A stretch of DNA of 64,000 bases from Macrostomum hystrix (lineage: Eukaryota; Animalia; Platyhelminthes): positions 13,392,001-13,456,000 of the forward strand of contig CATNEN010000007.1 of assembly GCA_950097015.1 (NCBI GenBank), written 5' to 3'. This document shows positions 25,786 through 37,597 of the stretch, in pieces (positions within the stretch are counted from its first letter, which is position 1; every line of letters begins with the position of its first letter). The position numbers were made by a program, and so were the translations under genes. Under the pieces are notes generated by a model that saw only the letters and a list, made by a program, of their open reading frames with translations, was not told the DNA's origin and searched no databases.

Positions 25786-27468
25786 TGTCATTTAAAACAG
25801 TACTGCCTTACTTTAGTGAGTTATGTAAGCAGTATCTTGTTTATTATCTGATCATCTCTTAGGTAATGTTCAATAAAAATGCTTGTTTGTGCTTTACATA
25901 CTTTTCTAGGTAGTGTCTTTCTGTATACTTTACTCTGATCAAATATCTTTTTCTGGGAATTACCTGTTTACTAGGTTTACAGCACAAATTATTTTATACA
26001 TTTCATACAATGAATTTCTTTCTGAGAATAGTTCCCTCTTTGGACCAAAAGGTCACTTGAAGTCTTTAATAATAAATAAAATATTTGGATCTCTATTAGA
26101 ACTGCATTTCAATGCTTTCACAATTACAAACTACATAGTTGATTTATTTCCTCATGTACTTATACTAAGTTCTGTCTCTTTTCCACTATAATTTAAATGA
26201 TGCTTCACAATATCTTTAACAACATACTAACACTTGTAGAGTACAGTAGAACCTTATTTAAATTTAAGATTTTCTTTTTAACTAAAAATTGCTTTTAAAC
26301 CTTTAGTTGTCAATGTGCTTATGCTGAATTGCAGATTGGTATTGTTAGCATAAATATAGATATTAATAATAGCAAATCTATTCTTTAAAGTGACTTAAAA
26401 TATGTATTTACCAACTGCTACAGTTTGCAAGTCAGTTACTTCTAACTTTCACTTTTAACATTGGGGGAAATAGCTGTCTTATGTCAACTGAAAATAAACA
26501 AAACTTTTTATATTATCTACATATTTATCATGCTAAACTTTTATACTTTGTTTGTCCTTCTTCATTCAAAATGTTGATTAATAAGCAAAAAGGCAATAAA
26601 GTAAAAGAAACATGCTGATATATATTTGTCTAGATTTAAACACATTTGTTTTACACATTTATACATTTGTTACAATCATTGTTGTAATTATACTCTAAAT
26701 AAGTATTAAGATATGGTAATAATATAGATGAAAAAACAATTATACAATTATCAATTACAGTAGTTCGTATAAATATCAACAAAATATATTCAATAGTATA
26801 TTTAGAAATGTAGACAAAATACTACAAATTTACTTTAGTTGAATTGTAAATTTCATATTAAAAAAGCAAGCATTATTTGAAATACTTAATTTATAAGCTT
26901 ATATACAACAACCTGGTTTGATTAGCATAAGTACCAACTTGTATGCAACATACATTCTAATGATTGATTTTTGGACTGAACATCCACACTGGGTAAAAAT
27001 GTTTTGTTACCTCAGTTATTTATTTTTGTTTCCAGTTCAAAGTTTAGTTTGTGCAAATAGAAATGTAGTAAACAATTAATAATGGTAGAACAAAATATGC
27101 TATTTATTTTTGCATAGTGAAGTATAGGGCAGGCAGGCAGCAGAAGTGTTTCCTAAAGAAGACCTGTGTTTAGGCAGTGGCTTGGTTTACGTATGGGTGC
27201 CATTTGCACTGGGGTCGGAACAAGCTGGTGTAGCTAGAAGGCACTCAGTATAATGAAATTCTCTGACTTGCTGTGCATATTTTTCCGATCACCAATAATT
27301 TGTCTATTGGTGCCATCCTTTTGGCGGACTAATTGGGCTTAATCCTATTTGATAGCCCTGCGAGAGCTAGTGTAATTTTTTTAATTTTTTTACTAGTATT
27401 CAAATTTCACATTGAAGTCGTTTTTGGCTTACAGTTGGTTCACTCATCTTAAATTTCAGTTAGTGCGC

Positions 27469-30400
27469 ATGACTGATACAACTGCAGTCGCCCCAACAAG
27501 CGGGGCCGCCGCTGCACCAGCAGCTGCCGCTGGCGACGTACAGCAGGGCGCTGAAGAACAGCGCCCGAATGGCTGGGCAATGTTTAAGGGATTCATAATT
27601 CGTATGCTCATTATCTACTTCATCAGTAGTCTGTTTCGGCGAGGCCAGCAACCCCAAGCTCCGTCTGTAGATTCATCTGCGGCCGGCGGTCGTTTACCCT
27701 GTCAGAACATGTTTCCGAAGAACAGCAAGCTAGACCTATGGGTATTCGTTAACTATGAACGGAATTTTTCTCGATTCAATGAGGCCTCTGATCTATTTTG
27801 GCACAAGCCTGGTTTAGTCTATGGCGACTGGGAGAGCGGTGAAAATGGAGACGGGGTCTATAGCAAGCATGGCGAGATTCCTGTGCCAGAGTCCGTCATG
27901 AACAATGGCAGTTTGTATGTTCATACCTTTTTAGTACGGCCCGGAAACTCGCCCGACCCGAACAGCCGCTACCACGACAAACGCTACACAATCTACAGCG
28001 GCCGCATGCTCACTAAGTATAAACGGAAGCGAGTATCCAACACACAAAATCTGCTTACTGGCAGCACTGACGGTCCACTAGACACAGAGGGACTGGCTGG
28101 CGGAACGACACGTCTGCCACCCAGCACGCACTGGCACCCTAACCTTACTATTAGTCTTGTGGACGATCATACACCATGGACACCTGGCTCGCTGCCACCA
28201 CCTCTTGATGAATTTGTGCAGTTCCATCCCGCAACGAATGAGTATTATCCCATCTTGTACTACAATGACTACTGGAATCTTCACTCAGACTACCTGCCTG
28301 TGAATAATACCACACCGATTTTGAATTTAACGGTAACTTACCAGCCGCTGTCACTCTTCCGTTGGCAGCTGTATGCAGCGCAGTCTATGCGCAATAAGTG
28401 GTACGGAGCTTTCCTTGGTGAGGATACCTTCCAGGAATCAGATGAAGAGCAAGACACGCTAAAGCGAACTTTAGTCGAGACTAATCCTTACCTGTTAGCT
28501 CTGACTGTCGTTGTGAGCTTGGTGCACTCGGTTTTCGAATTCCTAGCTTTCAAGAACGACATCCAATTCTGGCGTAGCCGCCAGTCGCTCGAAGGTCTTA
28601 GCGTGCGCAGTGTATTCTTTAGTGTCTTCCAGTCAGTTGTTGTTCTTCTGTATGTGATGGATAATGAAACTAACTTTGTTGTGCGGGTATCCGTTTTTGT
28701 GGGACTGCTGATTGAGCTCTGGAAGATCAAGAAGGTGGTCGACGTGCAAATTGACTATGGCACCAAGCTGCTGGGTCTGATTCCGCGAGTGCACCTGACT
28801 GAGAAGTCCACCTACACAGAGTCGCCAACCAAGAAGTATGACCAGCTGGCATTCCGCTACCTGAGCTGGCTGTTGTTTCCTTCGTTGGGTGTGTACGCTG
28901 TGTACTCCCTGCTATACCAGGAGCACAAAGGATGGTACTCTTGGGTGCTGAGCATGCTGTATGGATTCTTGCTTACGTTTGGATTTATTATGATGACACC
29001 CCAACTGTTCATCAACTATAAGATGAAGTCAGTGGCTCACCTGCCTTGGCGGATGCTAACCTACAAGGCACTCAACACTTTCATTGACGACATTTTCGCC
29101 TTTGTGATCCGTATGCCCACGCTGTATCGAATTGGCTGCCTTCGCGACGGTATGTCCCGAGACTTTATGCTGGTTTTTCTTATTTGATTTCAAAATGATC
29201 GCTCCGAACAGTTTATTTTCACTTTGTTTGGAGCTTGATGCACTAGCTAAGCATTTAATAAAAATGCTGTATATATTTTGTATACCTAATATCGGTTAGC
29301 ACATGTACTCGTAGCAAACGGTCGGATATGTTTAAATGGTTAAGTAAGGATTAATACAATGGGTAATACGGGCTTCCAGTCTTTAACACAAAATCTGCGA
29401 TGGGGTCGGTTCTTACACTTGATGTAATAACTATTTAATACACTTTTAATTCATGTAATAACTGTTAAGATTGTATTTTAATAATACGCAAGAGAATGTT
29501 TAAACATCCATTGGATGTCCTGGCCACAGCTAGGCTGAACAAAATGTTTGAGGAGCAATTTGTTGCTAATTAATTAGTTTCATTTGCTCTTTTATTTATG
29601 TTTGACCTAGGAATTTCACTAAGGAATATCAGAACAATTTTTTTTGTTTAATTCCTAGGCGAAGCGGCTATAAGCGGCTCGGGAAGGGGCGGGCGCACAG
29701 GGGCGAAGACGGAGGCTCTTGTGCGAAAATAAAAGCATCACACTATGTGCACCCTAACGGACCAATTTATTTCACCTAGTGCTTTTTTCTGTATTTGACA
29801 GCAAGGATATTGGTTGCTCGCGAACCAGTATAGTAGAAAATGGCGGTCTTGTACAGCAAACTTACAAATAACGTAGCTCATACTTTCATTCGTACGGGCT
29901 TGAGCTATTTTTTAAATATCTTTGATTGCTCTTTAGGCTAATATATTGCGATTCAAACACACAGTTTTGCTTATTATTCGCTTTTATGTCGTCTTTGCAA
30001 ACGTTGAACATCTTATCGTCTTAGATTTCTCTAGTAGCCTTTCTAAAGGCCATAAAATCGCTTTCGGATATAATCCTGCGAATAATATCTACCTTCTGAA
30101 ATTTTACTTTTAAATAAGACAAAACAGCATTCTTTTGGGCATGGGAATGTCTACTCAACTTGAACTTTATTGAATGGGAGTAGTTCTTCTATACTAAGCA
30201 ACAATATTATCACATGAAATCTGTCAGCCCCTTATGGTCCTTCGCCGACGAACTTGATTTTCGCTTTTTCCGCAGATGTGATCTTCTTTATCTACCTGTA
30301 CCAGCGCTACATCTACCCAATGGACCCAAAACGTTTAAACGAGTACGGCACGAGTCAAGAGATGATGCAGCCAGGCGACTCCGGTTCTGATCAGGTGCCT

Positions 30401-30475
30401 GCATTAATGGAAGCTGAGGAGACTGAAGTGTCTGAAGCAGTGGAGCCAAGTCCGAGGGAAAAGAAGCAGCAGTGA
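27469..30475 (+). CDS. CLPTM1: Cleft lip and palate transmembrane protein 1 (lipid scramblase family); exons 27469-29149 and 30276-30475
   Basis: Family motifs THWHPNLTI, YYNDYWNL, ETNPYLL, FEFLAFKNDIQFW, PQLFINYKMKSVAHLPWRMLTYKALNTFIDD and YLYQRYIYP.D..R.NEYG. Phase-1 intron gtatgt...cgcag. AATAAA at ~30806. Confidence 0.95.
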
Positions 30476-30993
30476 GGCAAGATTTAGAATCCACTGTTAG
30501 CAATCACACTTTTGATGTTATTCGCTTTTTTGCCATTAAAGCCGGAGCTTGCGAACAATCTTGTTTAACCATTATGTGTAACACGATCTGGCAACTCATT
30601 CTAGCTAGAAACTAGTGCAATTTTGTTCGTTACAAGTCCTCCGTTTTAAATATTGTTTCCTCATTTAAAAAACCACTGTATCCCTTTTCCATCTCTTTGA
30701 CGACTACTGTGGTATATCCTAAACCATATTAATCACTAACTTGCCTATGTAGTCTAATTGATGTTGTGCTTGTGTAGTGCTGCACTGCTAGCCTCGCTTA
30801 GAGTGAATAAAGTTCGAAAGGCAATGGCTTTATGTATGAGTATTGCCGCTGAATTAGTTTGTTTGTTCCATTTTTATTTGTTAGACTTTTCCTTTTTATT
30901 TTATAAAGCGAACGAGTTATTCAGAACTGCTCATTAGTTGCACGGTAAAAAATACATACAAAGGTTTGCACAAGAGATATAAGAATGGTGTTA

Positions 30994-32455
30994 CGAGGGC
31001 TATCCCGAAAGTAAGCTTCGCTCAACAATAAAAAGGCAACAGTAGTCAAAGTTTTAGTTCATGTCATAGTTATTCCACAAATTTTCCGCCAAGGTCCACG
31101 CACTTTTGCCAGCGCCGTACCCACGCTTCACAAACAGCATCGCAGCCCCCGGTTGCCAGATGCCGCAAAGCTGATGAAGCATTAATCTGCTCCACAGAGG
31201 TAAAACGGTGACCATGAAGACTCTCCTTCATTCTGGGAAATATATAGAAGTCCGCTGAAGCCAAATCAGGTTAATAGCGTGGCTGTGCCAGGACCTCCCA
31301 GCTCCAGGACTCCAGGAGCTCCTCCACTCTTCTGGTGCAGTGCACAGGTGCGTTGTTATTGTGAAAATCCACGCCTCTCTCCACCAAACCAGGCCGCTTT
31401 TCCTGATGGCTGGCCTCAGCTTTTCTTGTAGTACCCATTAGTACTATTCTGCATTCACCTTGGTGCCGATTGGCATTGGTCAGTCCACAAGGGCTCCATG
31501 GATGTCAAAAAAGACGATGTGCATCACCTTCAAGGAGCTCTGCTTCCGTTGAATCTTCTCAGGACTCGCTGATCGTCTTGGAAGCCACTGGGCTGACTGG
31601 CGCTTGAGCTCAGGATCCCACTCGTAGACCCATGTCTCATCCCCCTATGTCACAATTCTGCAGAAAAAGTTGCTTCCTTCTCGATTATATCGTCGAAGGT
31701 GCCCTTGCGCCTGGGTCACCCTCTCCTTCATTTGGTCCTCAGTCAGTAGATGAGGCACCCACTTTTGCGAAGATCTTCTGCATGTCCAACTACTCAGTAA
31801 GAATGCGCTGCACTGTGCTGTGAGGAATGTCCAGGAGGTCCTCAATCTAATTGCTAGTCAATCTGCTATCCACAGTGACTGCAGCTTTGACACGCGCGGC
31901 ATTTGCATCAGTGGTGGCTGTTCGCCTTCCAGACAGCTCTTTGTCTTCCATCGACAGCCTAGGCCTTCTTGAACTTCACGGACCCATTTCCAAACCGTTT
32001 GAATTAATAGAGCATCTTCTTTCAGAACTTGTCGAAGCTATTCATGAATCTCTGATTTTGATTTGCCAGCCAAAACTTAAAACTTGATGATGTTTCTGAT
32101 GTCGTATCGTGTGAAAAAAGCCGAGGTGGCCATCTTTGCTAATGAAGCTGTGTTAACTTAATGCGCTGCAGCTTGTGAAGTAAAGCGAAATAAAATGAAG
32201 ATCAATTATTAATTAATGAAGTTTCCAAAATTCGTTGAAGCAACATGTTTCGCAACATTTGTTTTGCTTCCATTTGAAAAGTTCTTCACATTTTAATGTG
32301 AAAAAACGTGACAAGTTCCCATCTCGCTAGTGCGTGAAAATCAGCCTTTGATAAATTGTCCCGACTTCTAGTAATCATTGGACTAAGCACGTTTGTCAAA
32401 AATGAACTTAAGAAAATTTATTCTACAGCGAAACTTATTTTTGGGATAGCCGTCG
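30994..32455 (-). mobile_element. Mariner DNA transposon, full length with a degenerate transposase
   Basis: TIRs cgagggctatcccgaaagtaagcttcgct / agcgaaacttatttttgggatagccgtcg with TA flanks. Remnants WVPHLL, RIVT and A..DFY.FP.MKE.L.G.RF...RRWQKCV...G..VE. Confidence 0.9.
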
Positions 32456-32712
32456 TATAGTGCCAGATCACAAATAAAAATAGTAACGCACGCTTCTCAA
32501 TCCGATTAGAGAGGTCTTGAACTGAAATTAAGGACAGAAAACTGAAATAAAAGGCTTATGGAAAGCCCTTTTTATCTGCCATTTTTATAACAGATGTCCT
32601 AGCCACGGTTTAGTAGCCCTTTTTTCTGCTATTCTTACTTAAATGCATGCATTTTATTTATCGCTCGCAGAAATCATTGTCACCTATAAAATTCACAGCA
32701 AATAAAGACAAC

Positions 32713-32901
32713 ATGGCCGGAGGCGAACACTACCCAGACGATATGTTCAAGGGCTGGAGACGTTACTACAACACTTACACTACTCGAGGCCGCTTTAACG
32801 TAGTTGTTAGCACCTGGGGTGGCCTGTTCGCTTTGATGTTTCTGTTAAAGAGACGCGGCGGTAACAAGGCGATTGAACACCAGCCCAATCAGCACAAGTG
32901 A
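32713..32901 (+). CDS. ATP5MK: ATP synthase membrane subunit k (DAPIT/USMG5)
   Basis: MAG....F.G.RRY.N.YT..GR.N.V..T.G followed by one TM helix and a basic tail, 62 aa. Confidence 0.9.
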   Translation: MAGGEHYPDDMFKGWRRYYNTYTTRGRFNVVVSTWGGLFALMFLLKRRGGNKAIEHQPNQHK

Positions 32902-33956
32902 TCGCTTTGGAACGTTTTTACAAACACAAAAAACTCTGATCTTAGCTATTTAGACATTTCTCTTAATCCGGCACAAAAGGAAGTAAAATACTCCTAAAGA
33001 ATGCACGACAGCGTATCAACTGTGCTGGAGAAATCAGTAGTCCATCAGCCTGTCAAAATCATTTGGGCATGAGCGAAACTTTGATCTAAAACCTATAATA
33101 ACCAGCCCTAATTTTTCGCATGTCTATTTAATATAATACAATTAGCTAATTTGTTTATTCCCTCTAAGTTCAACCAACCTTAACGGTTCTATGTGACATA
33201 CTTCCTTTTGTCGTGCAAATAAAAAGAAAATAGGCTCTGAATATTCTAAAAAACCGAAAGTACAATCGACTTAGTGTTTTGTTAATCCCATTTTGTTCAG
33301 GTTGGGTTGTCACGATTGATTTTTTAGGAATTGAGGGATGACACACTGTTCGTTACCGTTCAGTTATTTAAGGTTGTAAATACTTCGCTTTTAGAAACAG
33401 AAGGTTCATCGGGATATTGAATTTTATTTAAGGTTTTATAGCAGCAAACTGCTAAAGCTAAGAACATTAGTTTGCTAAATTGCAAGTAAAATCGAGGTCG
33501 AGCAAAAAATATTTATATTTACTTTATATTTTCATGAAATTCATCCTGTGAAGTATGTTACACCTTGTCTCTTAATCTCTAATATACGAGTACAAAGGGT
33601 GTTCCATATTGCGCTGTAACTTGTAATATTCAAGGAAAAAATATTGTTTTCCAAAGAGATGCGCTCATGCGCTCGTACTAAGCCGCTTTCCAACAACGCC
33701 AGATTGGCAAGATCGTTATAATCCGCTGAGTAGTATACGTATTTAAGCAGAATACAAAAGTAAAGGTACGATTACTTACAGAACACCCTTCGTAGTTATA
33801 ATGAAATTTAGCGAATAAGATAAAAATTTCGCATTAGAAATGAGCTTTTTATTATAGTTAAAGCTTAAAACTCCAGTTCAATCATTCTTTCTTCAGCTCT
33901 TTAAGCAACAGAGCTAAACCTGCCAAGCTGTTACCATTAAGTTATCATTGTCAGTG

Positions 33957-35279
33957 ATGTCCGCTAATGAATCAAAAAATCTGCGAGATTCCAAAGCCCT
34001 AAACGTTGAGGACGGCCGCCACTTTATAAACGAAGTCCCAGATTTTAACTTGCATGAGACAACCTCGACGCTCATTGTACGAGTTCCTTCCGCAGATGAC
34101 GGCAGTAGTATGTGTCGGCTTTCAGAGGATTTTCGGCAACGGTTGAAGCAAACGTTAGTGCATCTTCTCAATCACGCAGTACCCACTCTGATTACTCTGC
34201 CCATGTCCGACAGGTCTGTGTACACCGGCAAAGCAGGGGTTGCGTACCTATTTTGGCATCTTTCTCGTACAGGGCTTGTGCCAAACGCAGAGCGCCTTCT
34301 GACCCACGCCCTTGAAATCCTCAAAGATCTCTTTAGCCGCATTGACTGCCGCCGACTCAGCTTCCTCTGCGGAGACTCTGGTGTATTAGCTCTGACTGCA
34401 GTGTTACACTGGCGCCACGGTGACAGAGACCTCGCTAACCGCTCTCTAAAGCAGCTACTAAGTTTGCAGGCAGCCACTTCTTCTAATGATACTCCTAATG
34501 AACTTTTGTATGGAAGATGCGGTTACCTATTTTCTTTGGCCTTCGTTTCCTATCAACTATCAGATCTTCCGCCAGATTCACGCAGTGAACTTACTGCCGC
34601 GGCTCGGATGGTTGCAAGGCGAACTATGGCGGATGGAGCCGAGTTGTGGCGACAGCGAATTGGCCAGGGAAATGGACTTCTCTTTGAATGGCATAACTCC
34701 GTCTACTTCGGTGCCGCTCACGGGTTAAGCGGAATCGTGAGCGTTCTGTCTCGCATTCTGCCCAGCCTTGACTTACCCGAAGCCGAGCTTGCTGACGCTA
34801 AAGACCGGCTCAACGCAACAGTGGGATTCCTGCGTCGGCAACAATATCCGTCGTTTAACTACCCATCATCTATGGGCAGTAACAGAGACCGCTTGGTTCA
34901 CTGGTGCCACGGGGCTCCCGGCTTCGCCCTTATGTTTCTCTCTGTCGGTGACTTACCTGCTGCTCAGCAGTGTGCCGATGTAGTGTGGCACCGGGGCCTT
35001 CTGCACAAAGGTGATGGTCTCTGCCACGGAATTTCTGGCAATGGCTATGTGTTTTTGAGGCTTTACAACGCCACTGGTGATCCACGCTACTTACACCGTG
35101 CCGCTGCATTTGCTCAGTTTATGCTCACCTACTCGGGACCGGGACGCGAGCCCGATCATCCTCTGTCCCTTTTCGAGGGTCAGGCTGGAAAGCTTTGCTT
35201 TTTGGCTGATCTTCTGCTTTCCGAATGTTGCGAGACCATCTTTCCTGCAGCAGAACTACCCTCTGACTTTTCATTTTAA
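33957..35279 (+). CDS. LANCL: LanC-like protein (LANCL1/2 family), single coding exon
   Basis: Motifs SVYTG.AG, SFLCGDSG, ELLYGR.GY, YFGAAHGLSG, LVHWCHGAPG, GLCHG.SGNGY.FL and PD.P.SLFEG; Zn-ligand Cys/Cys/His intact. AATAAA at ~35344. Confidence 0.93.
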   Translation: MSANESKNLRDSKALNVEDGRHFINEVPDFNLHETTSTLIVRVPSADDGSSMCRLSEDFRQRLKQTLVHLLNHAVPTLITLPMSDRSVYTGKAGVAYLFWHLSRTGLVPNAERLLTHALEILKDLFSRIDCRRLSFLCGDSGVLALTAVLHWRHGDRDLANRSLKQLLSLQAATSSNDTPNELLYGRCGYLFSLAFVSYQLSDLPPDSRSELTAAARMVARRTMADGAELWRQRIGQGNGLLFEWHNSVYFGAAHGLSGIVSVLSRILPSLDLPEAELADAKDRLNATVGFLRRQQYPSFNYPSSMGSNRDRLVHWCHGAPGFALMFLSVGDLPAAQQCADVVWHRGLLHKGDGLCHGISGNGYVFLRLYNATGDPRYLHRAAAFAQFMLTYSGPGREPDHPLSLFEGQAGKLCFLADLLLSECCETIFPAAELPSDFSF

Positions 35280-35923
35280 TTGATGATGAAATGTTTTTCG
35301 TCCTGGCTTTTATAAATGTTACGTGTATTCATCAGTAGGGAAGGAATAAAACTTTTTTGTCCCAATAACCCGTGTACATCACAAGATCGTCATAAATCAT
35401 CATAAAAATATTTTATTTACAGCGCTATGTATAACACTGCAAGTAAGCTTGTTATACATTTGCACATTTGACTCTTTGAATCCATTTCCTGTCTCCGAGC
35501 CTTATATATATTGTCTCATTTTCTTAGTGATTTCGCCCCTTTTCAGCCTAAGCTCATGAAGGCGGTACCGGCTCCCGAGGAATTGCAATGGGAGACCATG
35601 GTTGGCCAGCACCTGCTAGCCAGGGCTGCCACCAGCCACCAATGGGACAGCACAACCGACTGACCCTAACAAAATGGGGCTTCCGCTTTGAATAAAGGAT
35701 GTACTTGAATAAAGGAATTTTAGGCTTGCCTCAAAGTCCATGGCCGAAGATAGGGACTCTATGTGCGGTATTCTCAAGAAGTAGAACGGTCAGCAAGAGA
35801 GAGGACTTCTTAGGGATGCAGCAAAGCCAGAGAGCCCAATACAAAGTCGAGTGTCCAGTCGAAAAAACTTATGTACCTATGAACGAATATGGTTTGCTAC
35901 CAATCACCAGGTCCCAATGACAC

Positions 35924-36099
35924 TGTAAGGTGTGTGGTGATTCATTATCGCATCGCGTCGTAAGTTAGCTTCGTAAATTGTGCAACGCGATGTACACTCT
36001 CTGGTGTACATCGCCAAATATAAAGTCGCTCACTTGAGGCTTTAGTCACCTCGTGTTTTTCGGTTCTCGCGCAAGTCTCGCCTTCTGACTTAGTTTACA
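35924..36099. mobile_element. Solo LTR
   Basis: TGTAA...TTACA termini with a 4-bp ACAC duplication (35920-35923 and 36100-36103). Confidence 0.7.
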
Positions 36100-36887
36100 A
36101 CACTATCATAGGCTAAGGCTTAGTTTCCATGTTACTTTTCGTGCAGCCTTAATTAATTCAAATAGTGCATTAGAAGTACATTAGTCTTACAATTGGAGAC
36201 ACAGCATTAGTTTCTGGAGTACAGAATATCCTAACTCTTTTGCATGCCACCCGTCTACTGTCGATGTCAACCTCAGCCCTTGCCTTTTAAATTAGCCACC
36301 ATAGTTGGCTCGTGACTTCATTCTCAGTTCTGCAGCACAAACTTTCTATTCGACATCGCCAAAGCAAAGAAAGATGAAATACAATCGGACTTACGCTCGT
36401 ACAAAGATTTCGTTTTGTATTTAAACTACTAAGCTGGTTTCCCTTATTCAAGTTTCAAATTATTTGTAGGAGATAAACGGTTCACAACTAAATAATTACA
36501 AGAGTTGAAAATAATGTGAGGGGTGGGTTATTAGATGGGTTGGTGCCACGCAAGAGTAAAACCCACTACATAAGAAGCCAAAACCAGTCAGAGCCTGGTG
36601 AGGTGTCTGGCAAATCAGAGTGAGGTGTCTGGCAATAGGCGAGTCAGGCGGTGTTGCGCGTGACTCTGGCGGAAGCGGGTGTCGAGCGGCCGGTGATAAG
36701 CTCAGATGTGAACTCTCGCTCGGAGCGTCGGAACCGTTGAGTCTGGGTGAGACGCGGTCACCAGATGCTGCCGAGATCAGATGGAGAACGAGACTACCAT
36801 CGAGAGGACTGTCACGGAGCTTGGGTCCAGGCTGATTCAGCGAGACACCAGTCAAATCAGGTTGAGACTTAGTAGTCAGATGGGTGC

Positions 36888-37597
36888 TTGACTTACTTTG
36901 ACTTATCTGCAGGGCGGTCCGATGGACACAGCGGGGAGGCGGGGGTCGCCCATTCCGCTAATCCCTGAAAGACTCGCAATCGGCCGATGGCGCGGGCCAG
37001 TCAGGGAGGTCCGTGGCCGGTCCTTCCTGCAGCTTGCTCTTCACTAGGGAAGAAAGATGCTCGTCTGATCTGCAAACGTCGTCCATAGATGGGTTTGGTC
37101 CGAGGTGATTAAGCCTCTCTCTGGTAAAGAAAGGGCAGTGACAAACGAAGTGCAGGGCATCCTCGTTCTCAAGGTTGCAAAACGGGCACAGCTCACTCAG
37201 GAGGTCTCCTCGGAGGAAACAGTGTCTGGCGTAGCAGCCATGGGCAGTGACAAGAAAGAAAGGGCAGTGACAAACGAAGTGCAGGGCATCCTCGTTCTCA
37301 AGGTTGCAAAACGGGCACAGCTCACTCAGGAGGTCTCCTCGGAGGAAACAGTGTCTGGCGTAGCAGCCATGGCCCGTGAGGGTCATGGTGAGGGCCCGGA
37401 TGTCCTTCCGGGTCTGGTTTAGAAGGACCTTCCGGAGCCGAGTGGTTGGCACTGAGACTGCCGCTTTGGATTGGCGGCAATTAATGGTGCTTCTCCACCG
37501 GGTAATATGGAGGTTGGCGGCCCAGTCATTAATCTGACGACAGATGACTGTGTTCGGAATTGGAACCGGGGGGAGGGGCGCGGCGCAGAGTTAGCGC
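36888..37597 (-). mobile_element. 5'-truncated LOA/R1-like LINE with an internal ~126-bp tandem duplication
   Basis: 12-bp TSD TCAGATGGGTGC (36876-36887 and 37598-37609); LTGHG...CPFC..EDALHFVCHCP knuckle duplicated; taagtcaa tail. Confidence 0.9.

Noticed and set aside
33957-35663. Lanthipeptide biosynthetic cluster around the LanC-like gene
   Set aside because: No LanB/LanM dehydratase, transporter or Cys-containing precursor; stand-alone LanCLs are normal in animals.
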